A stretch of 63,804 nt of DNA, counting the filler, from Octopus bimaculoides (Eukaryota): NCBI RefSeq assembly GCF_001194135.2. It is 4 parts of 4 records of this genome, joined end to end, with 100 filler letters (N's around TTAATTAATTAA, not from the genome) between each part and the next. Parts side by side here need not be neighbours in the genome. Positions count along the whole stretch, not along the records: positions 50,089 to 59,897 come from NC_068988.1; positions 59,998 to 63,804 come from NC_068997.1; 2 more parts are not named here. The stretch is one strand, 5' to 3'. Each line of letters opens with the position of its first letter. The first letter of the stretch is position 1. Under the pieces are notes generated by a model. The model ran no database searches and had not been told where the DNA came from. It saw nothing but the letters and a program-made list of their open reading frames with translations. The position numbers were made by a program, and so were the translations under genes. Positions 54,101-63,804 of the stretch are shown here, in pieces.

Positions 54101-57100
54101 GATACCTCTACCTCCTTAGATAAAACCTGAGGTAACCTCCACATTCCACCCTCTCCCTATCTCCTCAAACTTAACCTTAGTAGCAAACTCAATACGCACT
54201 CCTGCCACCTTGGGATTCTGGATCCCAAATCTGCTGTAGCTTATCAACATCCTAGGCTTTTCTTTGCTCTGTTTGAAAACCATTTCCCTAGTTCCAGCAC
54301 CCTTAGAAAAATCTTCAACTCCCAATGTATTAAATTTTCCAACTCCACCCAACTATCATTGCCAATATAAATCAGCAACTGAGTAATAAGCAACTACATA
54401 ACCAGAAATTAGGTAACTTTAATTACGCTAATCCAACATACTCTAGTCCCCAGCCACCTGCCCATAGCTCTAGGATGTCCTTAAACCTTACTGATACCAA
54501 AACTTACCCCACCAGCCCTAACCCTAATACTCTGTCCAATACCCTTAATCAACCTAGCGATCTGACTATACCAACTACTAAGGTAGGGAATAATAGGAAT
54601 GATATCACTAGACATGAGAGCTACTATAAGCTACATCCTCTAGACGGCTCCCTAATGTTGAGTGTGATACTAATTGGTCATCCCATAATTAATGCGCTTT
54701 TTTTATACTTCTTTTATTTTCTAAAATTCAGATAAACAAAGTTCTATTTTAATCTACAATATACTCTCCTACACACACGTCCATTTCATATATCTTTCAA
54801 TTTCTGCTCTCTGCAAATAAAATTTTTACCTGTGCCCTGGCACTTGTGCCGGTGGCACATGTAATGGACTTTCGAGCGAGATCGTTGCCAGTGCCACTGG
54901 ACTGGCTCCCGTGCAGGTGGCACTTAAAAGACACCATTTCGAGCGTGGCCATTGCCAGTACCGCTTGACTGGCCTTCGTGCTGGTGGCACGTAAAAGCAC
55001 CCACTACACTCTCGGAGTGGTTGGCGTTAGGAAGGGCATCCAGCTGTAGAAACTCTGCCAAATCAGATTGGAGCCTGGTGTAGCCACCTGGTTCACTAGT
55101 CCTCAGTCAAATCATCCGACCCATGCTAGCATGGAAAGCGGATGTTAAACAATGATGATGATGATGATGATGAAAACTGCTTACAAAAATTGTGATTAAT
55201 GTATAATTTCTTTCTATGTTTATCTTAATATATAAAGCTGAAGTTGTGTGTCTGTGTGAAGCTCTTTTAAAAGTGTATAGAAATCCACATTTTCCACTTT
55301 TTCGTAAAAAATTTTACATCAATGGAATTTTCTTGATGTGAACTTTCCAGTCCAGTAATTAGATTTTTTAAATTCCGTTTACTTTGTGTGATTTAAGGGA
55401 GATTTTGCTGTTGTTTCTAGCAACTTTTATATTTCCTTCCCTTCTACCTGGAATGGCGTTCTTACACACGCATTCAACATATAATATAGAGAGTAAGAGT
55501 AAAAGAGGGAGAGAGAGAGAGAAAGTGATACATACAAAGTCATAGATTAAACTTTCCTCTCAGCATTCTTTACCTATTTTTCATAACATAGATATGTAAA
55601 AACACACACAACCACACATATGTGATCTGTAACATACACACATCAACATTATACATATAAGATTTAGTTTCTGTGTTTCTTATATAAACACATGCACGCA
55701 TTGCTATTTTATAACTGTCTTGCGTTCTCTCTTTCTCTCTCTTCATTGCTACCATCTCTATTCCTTTCTCCCCCCTCTCTCTTCCTCTTCTCTCTCACAA
55801 AACATTCACTACAATATAACTCATGTTCGTCAATGTTTGGTAAATATACCACGATTTTCACTAGGGTGTTAGGGTTTATGTATCATTTTCTCTCTCTCTC
55901 TCTCTCTCCCTCTTTTACTCTTACTCTCTATATTATATGTTGAGCGTGTAATTACTGCAGTGGAAAGTTCACATGGAAAAAATTCCATTGATGTAAAAAT
56001 TTTTAAATTCCGGTTACTTTGTGTGATTTAAGGGAGATTTGGCTGTTGTTTCTAGCAACTTTTATATTTCTTCCCTTCTACCTGTACACACAATCACTGA
56101 CTACAATATAACTCATGTTCGTCAATGTTTGGTAAATATACCACGATTTTCACTAGGGTGTTAGGGTTAGGGTTTTAGAGTCAGAGTTAGGGTTTTAGGG
56201 TTAGGGTTAGGGTTTAGGGTTAGGATTAGTGTTACGGTTATGGTGTTAGGGTTAGTGTTAGGGTTAGGTTTAGGGTTTTAGGGTTAGGGTTGGGTAATCA
56301 TGCGGGTGTTAATCTGAAAAATTACAGAAATGTGAAAATTACCGACCCTGCCATCTATTATAACATTTGTTGTTCTGTTTAATATATACATAGATTATGC
56401 CTCCAAAGAAGAGAGTTTGCTGGGGAAAGAGAGCAACCGGTTTAAAATGACAGCAACAGACTGCAGCAATTCACCACATTCCAGAAGCTACTTTGACCAT
56501 AATGCAAAATGGTGCATCAACATCTTCTGCCTAATCTGATAGAATTCTGGCAAAACTGTGTAGCAACAGATCGCCAGCAATTGCTTCATCAGAAATTGCT
56601 GTCCTACCTCCTGCTATGTATAATCAGGGCAGCGCAAAAAGTTGTTTGGCACAAGCATTTCTATAGCCAATAGACGGATGAAATTTACGTATGCTTAATA
56701 ATGTTACGCAAAACAGCCTTCAGACTTTCCCTATTAATTTCATCGTCTTTTGAATTATTAACATATTTACATCATACGAGTTTTTTCGTTGTAAGGTTTT
56801 CTTTTTTAGTTGATTTTCACTTAACAAGTCTTATCATAGATGGCGTAATAAGTCACACCCGGACAATGTCGGGTTATACTGCTAGTAACTAAATAAATCT
56901 TTTAATGATTAGACAGACGTTCAATAGAATAGCTCTCACAAACAGACTATGTAAAAATCCTTTCTTCACAACTCCTGAAGCCATTTTCTGAGGCTCCAAT
57001 CGAAACGGAACACGAAATGATCAGGTTGAGAAACGCTGTTATAGATTATGCCTAACCAAAAAAAATCACAGCCACATCATCCAAACAGACAGGGTGAAAC

Positions 57101-57543
57101 CGGGCTTAGCTGCTAGTATGTATATATATATATATACTCTTTTACATGTTTCAGTCATTTGACTGTGATAATGCTGGAGCACCACCTCTAGTCGAGCAAA
57201 TTGACCCCAGGACTTATTCTTTGGAAGCCTAGTACTTATTTTATCGGTCTCTTTTGCTGAACCGCTAATGTTACGGGGACATAAACGCACCAGCATTTAT
57301 TGTCAAGTGATGTGTGTGTGTGTGGGTGTGTGTGGGGGAATGAAGAAACAAACATATACACACACATACATACATATATATATACACACACACATATATA
57401 TATTAACACTATCCATATCACGTCCTCACGTTTTTTGTTTTTGTTTTTTTGTCTTGTTTTGAACTTATATACATATATATATATATATACATATACACAC
57501 ATATACACACATATATATATATATATACGCACACATATATATG

Positions 57544-57575
<32 letters not shown>

Positions 57576-58654
57576 TATANNNNNNNNNNNNNNNNNNNNN
57601 NNNNNNNNNNNNNNNNNNNNNNNNNNNNNNNNNNNNNNNNNNNNNNNNNNNNNNNNNNNNNNNNNNNNNNNNNNNNNNNATATGACCATCCCCAAGTACA
57701 ACAACATATATATATATATATATACACACGCATATACATACACACACACACATATATATAAGAAAAGAGGGGGTATATTTCCATGCAGAAAAAAATACAG
57801 GCAAATTTGCTGTTGAAAATGCACCTAAATTTGAAAAACTTTTAAATGTTTTTAAACAAATTTATTTACATATTTGGTATGGTATCACAAAGATATGACA
57901 TGACAAAAGTATATCAAAAAGTATGTCACAGAGTTATGATATAGCAATGGCATTATATTACAGAAGTATGACATGATGAATGTATGACATCACAAAGGCA
58001 TGATATCACAGAGTTATGGTACAGCAAAAGTATGATATCACAAATGTATAAATACTTTGAATAAGCAGAACTGTCTCTATGGCCACTGGGTTTGAAGTAA
58101 TTTGAGTAATTTGTAAAAATTCTAACAGAATTCTAATAGCTGAACTAAACTGTCCATTCCCCCCCCCACAAAAAAAAAAGTTTAAAAGTATCTATTCTAG
58201 TGTCTACATAACTTTTTAAATAATCTATTTTTGTCTGTTTTGGTGGGTGAAAGTGAATAATTCTAAAGGATTGTTCTATTATTGAAGTTGTTTTAAAAAG
58301 GACAAAAAAGAAAATCTGAAAATTCCAAGGGAGCAAGGTAAAGAATATGGTAAAATGTTAGAAAGCATTTGGACATTTAACAAATTAAATATAAGATATG
58401 GGTAATGATGACGATATAAAACAAGCCATAACTGACCTACTCTCATGTCAACTGTCTTCTCCAATGTTTCAACTCGTTCTGACAGTTTCCCCAACATTGA
58501 TCGCAAGAAACTAATTTCATGCTCCTTACTGTTCAAGGAGAACTGAAGCTCAGCAATTTTTTCATCTGTTCGTTGCAGAAAGTCTTTCATTCCTTCTAAT
58601 TTACAGGTTCGTAAATGTATCACAAGATCATCTTGGGTTCCAATAAAATCACAG
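51126..58654 (-). CDS. TRAF7: TRAF7 E3 ubiquitin ligase, internal part (end of zinc finger plus coiled coil); three exons, 5'- and 3'-incomplete
   Basis: Spliced translation CDFIGTQDDLVIHLRTCKLEGMKDFLQRTDEKIAELQFSLNSKEHEISFLRSMLGKLSERVETLEKTVDMRV-DLLEHKQNCIMTEVIDNRRENALVA-EEISNINKRLNIGVQLA matches the TRAF7 segment C-FIG-QD...HL-TC-FEGLKEFLQ-TD...QEI-FLRSMLGKLSE...ELSHINARLNMG; splice phases are consistent. Confidence 0.93.
52113..52186 (-). CDS. TRAF7: TRAF7 exon (74 nt) (D)LLEHKQNCIMTEVIDNRRENALVA
   Basis: Minus strand cattgtag|AT CTC ... GCA|gtgagt; phase 1/0 continues the previous exon. Confidence 0.85.
54200..54660 (+). mobile_element. Degenerate Penelope-like element ORF fragment
   Basis: FFALFENHFPSSSTLRKIFNSQCIKFS matches the F--L-DKHFP----LHKIFN----KVSYS segment of GIY-YIG Penelope-like elements. 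Confidence 0.6.
54830..55172 (+). mobile_element. RTE-type 3' UTR/tail with internal repeats and (GAT)n end
   Basis: Repeated gtggcac-taaaag-cacc units; ends gcggatgttaaacaatgatgatg. Confidence 0.8.
55223..56885 (+). mobile_element. Composite non-autonomous Helitron-like element(s)
   Basis: A|TC start (TCTTAATATATAAAGCTG); 3' hairpin ACCCGGACAATGTCGGGT followed by CTAG|T. May be more than one element. Confidence 0.6.
56157..56295 (+). repeat. Degenerate interstitial (TTAGGG)n-like array
   Basis: ttagggttagggttttagagtcagagttagggttttagggttagggttagggtttagggttagg... Confidence 0.9.
57085..57116 (+). mobile_element. Helitron-like 3' terminus
   Basis: agggtgaaaccgggcttagctgCTAG|t. Confidence 0.45.
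57135..57340 (-). mobile_element. SINE family B 3' part (TRAF7 intron)
   Basis: Homology to the other family B copies. Confidence 0.8.
57878..58050. repeat. Degenerate 16-bp minisatellite, about 11 units, consensus close to TATGATATCACAAAAG
   Basis: Units such as TATGGTATCACAAAGA, TATGACATGACAAAAG, TATGACATCACAAAGG, CATGATATCACAGAGT, TATGATATCACAAATG. Confidence 0.75.
58437..58654 (-). CDS. TRAF7: TRAF7 exon (218 nt)
   Basis: Minus strand ctttttag|C TGT GAT ... GTA G|gtcagt. Confidence 0.93.
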
Positions 58655-59140
58655 CTAAAAAGTTGAAAAAACAAAGAAAATTAACTTTCTATCAAAAACA
58701 TGGTGAAATATAGAATTACTGCAATACATATGTTGAACCTTGGGATAAGAGTTCAACCCTAGGGAAAGCCTGAATGAGCAAACTTTTGATCAAAGATATT
58801 CCAACCACAACCAGCCTGTCTGTATTTCAGGAAGTGATGTTATGTTACATTATTTTTAAGACTGGAAGGTGTGGCTTAAAGGTGATCTGATTGGTGTTTC
58901 TAACAAGTCATTAGAACTATGTATATTCTGGTAGTGCAATATATTTCATAGATAGAACACAATTACTCAGTAAGTCTTAAACTTATTGAGTAACTACAGC
59001 TTATTACTACATAGAAATTTTGCTTTCAGTTTTATATATGGAACATATGGAACTCTAATTTGAAAAGCATCTTTTAGCAAGACACTAACTTATTATTTCT
59101 CTTTCCCTAAAATTGCTGGCCTTGTGCCAGAATTTGAAAC

Positions 59141-59197
<57 letters not shown>

Positions 59198-59632
59198 TCA
59201 GGCAGCGAGCTGGCAGAATCGCTAACACACTGGATGAAATGCTTAGTGGTATTTCAAATTTACCTTTCATCCATTCAGGGTAGATAAAATAAGTACCAGC
59301 TGAATACTGGGGTCAATGTAATTGACTCGTCCCCTTCCCCAAAAAAGCTGCCCTTGTGGAAAAATTTGAAACCATTATTATTATTATTATTATTATTACT
59401 AGCTGACCCTGTGCAGTCAAAAATAATGGCTAATTGTAGTGTTTTATATATAAGAAGGGTACAGAAAGGTGAAAAAAAATCAGTGCTTTAACTCTGTGTC
59501 TGTGTGTGTGTGTGTGTGTGCATGTGCATACATTTATATGTATGAGTAGCACTGTTTGTACGAACACGGTTTTCTATACTTTGTCACAGCCCACTTCCTT
59601 CCTTTTTAAGTGTGTCTGTTTATATATATATA

Positions 59633-59700
59633 CTAGCAGAAATACCCGGCTTTGCCCGGGTTAAAGAGAATAATGAAATCTAAAAACGCCGTCTAGACTA
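59633..59700 (-). mobile_element. Helitron-like 3' terminus
   Basis: Minus strand acccgggcaaagccgggtatttctgCTAG|t (GC hairpin plus CTAG). Confidence 0.6.
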
Positions 59701-59897
59701 CGCAACCCTCAACTGTTAGTAGCTACGATACCATATTTCTACATTAATAACTCTCCAATCCATGCCAGCATGGAACATAGACATTAAGTGGAATGCCAGT
59801 CTCTCATCTAGGAGGGCCTTGAAATCAATGTTACCAACTGTGTGTCGTAGTGATAATAAAAAGACCCAAAGGAGGTCTGCAACGAAATAATTTTACT

Positions 59898-59997
59898 NNN
59901 NNNNNNNNNNNNNNNNNNNNNNNNNNNNNNNNNNNNNNNNNTTAATTAATTAANNNNNNNNNNNNNNNNNNNNNNNNNNNNNNNNNNNNNNNNNNNN
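59898..59997. other. Artificial scaffold spacer N44-TTAATTAATTAA-N44
   Basis: Same structure as 20098-20197. Confidence 0.95.
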
Positions 59998-60056
<59 letters not shown>

Positions 60057-60179
60057 ATTATCCACATGAATCTTTCTGAAAGGAGTATACTACAGGAACG
60101 CCATACTTCAAGTATTATTTTAAAGTCATTTTAGGCAACAATCTCGCTTCATTTTATACACTGAGTATAACATACTCGC

Positions 60180-60235
<56 letters not shown>

Positions 60236-60361
60236 GCTAGCTAGCTATATATCTGTCTGTCACTGTCTGTCTGTCTCTATCTCTCTCTCTCTATATATAC
60301 ATATATATATACATATATATACATGTATATACACAGGTATACATGCATACACACGCACATA

Positions 60362-60409
<48 letters not shown>

Positions 60410-61594
60410 NNNNNNNNNNCACACACACACACACACACACACCCTTGTTTCCTCTATACAAATTGTCTTTATAATTCTCCAAACAACTATCATTTTTTCT
60501 TCCTGTATATTTTTTCTCCCAGAGGTTGGCTGTCCTTAAGAAATCTTTTCATCACAGTTTATGATTTTTATCTGCAACATCTCAAGTCCCACTCCACTTC
60601 ATCCCCTTTTATTTGTTATTTTATATCCAGCTGACACAACCGCCTTTTAAGCACACCTCATATTTTCTTGGTGATATAGTTGATGTTCTTCCACATGTTA
60701 TATGTCTGTGGGTCTACATATGTGTGTGTTTGTGTGTAGGGGGTGTATGCATATGTATGTATGTTTGTGAGAATCTATATCTTTTATGTATGTGTGTGTG
60801 TGTGCATATATCTATACATATAACTCTATGGATATGAAATTATACTTATACAGTTATATATCATAGTCGTATATATGTACATGCATATTATATAAATATA
60901 CATTTGTACATATGTATGTAAGTATGCATATATATATGTGTGTATATATATGTATCTATATATATATGAATATATGTATATGTGTGTATTTACATATAAC
61001 TATATAAATATGCGCGTGTGTGTGTGAGTGCTTGCGTGTTTCTGTGTGTGTAACTGTCAGACTTTAAGCTGAATGTACCGCAAGCCAATGTCTATTAAAG
61101 TACTCCATAAACAATGATAATTTAAAGATTGTAATTCTTTTACAGACTAACTGGAACGGAGCTATTCAATGTGTGTAAATTATTGTCGTGCATATTATAC
61201 CAGGACACGATCCAATTTCTGCAAACAGAGTGCAATCTAAAAATACGTTGAATTAATACGTCTATCACTGCGATTGCACCAATGCTTACACTATATACAT
61301 ACGTATAAGCAAACATGTAATCCAAATAAGAAGACAAAAAGAGACTAATACATCTATAATGACCAGTTACAATTTTTTTTCCTGCAATCTCTGCTTTCAA
61401 AAACTGTTCACGCAGAAACCCCAATTGAAAATTTACGTACTGTTTACAGTTTTAAGCATTAGAATGGTACTACTGCGATCAGGCATGAAAGGTGCTCTCA
61501 AACATTGAGTTTCCCAAATAAACTTGCACTTCATTTTTTAAGAAAGGTAGATAGGTAGATAGAGGGATAGATAGAAAGATAGAGGAAGAAAGAC

Positions 61595-61696
<102 letters not shown>

Positions 61697-62944
61697 TGTC
61701 ACGTCAGAATAATAAAGTACAAACTTACTTGCAAAATGGACGTGTGCCTTCGATGATAATGCCAATCTGTCAATTTCGTTGAATGTTCTCAATTTGTGCG
61801 GATATGAGTTACTACGTTAGTAGTCGGCAATTCTTCACGTGTACACCAGGTGGTACCAGAGTTTATGTAATGTAAGGCAAGCTTTGTCTATAGAAAGACA
61901 GTACTAATTCCTATTGCTAATCGTGGCACGCTGTGAAAAGGAATCTGTGGACTCATATTCGTGAAGAGTGAACTTTTTATAATTTAAGTGTATTCGGACT
62001 ATACATTAATATATACATAAAAATGTTCATCCATACGTACCTGCATACAAATACCTATGTATATTCTTACATTATTTATAAACTGTCACAGCACCTAAGC
62101 AACATTAGGCATTAGTTCTCTGTAAGATTTGCAAGAAAGTGTTCTTTTGATAATCCGTTGTATTTAAGAATCCACTTGAAATTGTAACTTACATATATCC
62201 AAAATGAAACTTACGTATGAATTAATAATATGAACTTGTGTTTAATATAATTTCTGCTACTTGTACATATACGTATGTGCATACATAAATACGTACACAT
62301 ACATATGTATACATACACATATACATATGTATGTGCATATATATTTACAGGTAAATACGCATATATATATATATATATANNNNNNNNNNNNNNNNNNNNN
62401 NNNNNNNNNNNNNNNNNNNNNNNNNNNNNNNNNNNNNNNNNNNNNNNNNNNNNNNNNNNNNNNNNNNNNNNNNNNNNNNNNNNNNNNNNNNNNNNNNNNN
62501 NNNNNNNNNNNNNNNNNNNNNNNNNNNNNNNNNNNNNNNNNNNNNNNNNNNNNNNNNNNNNNNNNNNNNNNNNNNNNNNNNNNNNNNNNNNNNNNNNNNN
62601 NNNNNNNNNNNNNNNNNNNNNNNNNNNNNNNNNNNNNNNNNNNNNNNNNNNNNNNNNNNNNNNNNNNNNNNNNNNNNNNNNNNNNNNNNNNNNNNNNNNN
62701 NNNNNNNNNNNNNNNNNNNNNNNNNNNNNNNNNNNNNNNNNNNNNNNNNNNNNNNNNNNNNNNNNNNNNNNNNNNNNNNNNNNNNNNNNNNNNNNNNNNN
62801 NNNNNNNNNNNNNNNNNNNNNNNNNNNNNNNNNNNNNNNNNNNNNNNNNNNNNNNNNNNNNNNNNNNNNNNNNNNNNNNNNNNNNNNNNNNNNNNNNNNN
62901 NNNNNNNNNNNNNNNNNNNNNNNNNNNNNNNNNNNNNNNNNNNN

Positions 62945-63227
62945 TTATTCTATCGGTCTATTTTGCCGAACCGCTAAGTTACGGGGACGTAAATACACCA
63001 CTATCGGTTGTCAAGCGATGTTGGGGGGACAAACACAGACACACAAACACATACATATATATACATATATACGACGGGCTTCATTCAGTTTCCGTCTACC
63101 AAATCCACTCACAAGGCTTTGGTCGGCCCGAGGCTATAGTAGAAAACACTTGCCCAAGGTGCCACGCAGTGGGACTGAACCCAGAACCATGTGGTTGGTA
63201 AGCAAGCTACTTACCACACAGCCACGT
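62945..63227 (-). mobile_element. SINE family B, CpG-intact copy
   Basis: Homology to the other family B copies with CpGs retained. Confidence 0.85.
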
Positions 63228-63804
63228 AGAGCTATATACGTAGATACGGGTACATACACGAAACATGTGCCGTGTTTTCGTCTGTATATGAATGAGTGAG
63301 TGTATATAATACAGGGTGTCGTATGCACAACTACCTGGTTCTGGACAGCGGAAGTACGCATTCAGTGCATGAAGGCAAACGGTACATCACAGATATAGCA
63401 AACTGTTGAAGAAATCGCTTTAAACCGGCTAAAATAATCGAAGTGATATGTATGAAGGGAAATATAGTTTCAAAGTGTTCATGGGGCCATAATAGGGATC
63501 AAACGAAAAACTTTGCAGCTAAAGTAAAACAGAATAAAATATTTCAAATATAAATGAAGTGAAATTATTCAGAAATAAACATTGTTTTCGATATTACTAT
63601 TAATTCTCCTTCGCTTTCAAAAATCAAAATTTACTTTATGGCTCACAATTGCTTATATTTCGAATTCAATACATACATACATGCATACATGCAAACACAC
63701 ATATATACATATATCTATCTATCTATCTATCTATCTATATATATACATATATATATACATATATATATATATGCATACACACGCATACACACACATGTAT
63801 ATAT

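Noticed and set aside
61729-61811. Possible minus-strand exon ending in a good gtaagt donor, with TACTAAC upstream
   Set aside because: The branch-point motif is only about 5 nt from the AG, the translation resembles neither TRAF7 nor any family I recognise, and it lies in a different assembly block.

Overview
Eukaryotic, repeat-rich, gapped genomic DNA, most likely an octopus (inferred from the tRNA-derived SINE families, RTE tails and dense (CA)n/(TA)n/(GATA)n microsatellites). It is not prokaryotic and contains no CRISPR array, rRNA or true tRNA gene that I can support. Three identical 100-nt N44-TTAATTAATTAA-N44 spacers (20098-20197, 49989-50088, 59898-59997) split the window into four separately assembled blocks. 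Two protein-coding genes are partly present. (1) An SLC35D1/D2-type (fringe connection/sqv-7) nucleotide-sugar transporter on +, nine GT-AG exons from 26126 to 36645 (810 nt, 269 aa + stop), with its first two exons not found. (2) TRAF7 on -, three exons (58437-58654, 52113-52186, 51126-51177), with neither the upstream RING/zinc-finger exons nor the WD40 exons found. The rest is introns and decayed elements: SINEs, RTE and R4/Dong LINEs, Penelope-like pieces, mariner, Tigger and Helitron. The best novelty candidate is a 56-nt sequence (28141-28196, minus strand) that folds as a minimal type I hammerhead ribozyme with a non-canonical G3-C8 core, one extra core nucleotide and a palindromic stem III. 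Other notable structures are an interleaved double inverted repeat (A-B-A'-C-B', 14061-14728), a perfect 50-nt intronic palindrome (28630-28679) and a composite Helitron-like element carrying a micro-inversion and a TTAGGG-like array. All calls were made by eye; no searches or folding programs were run.
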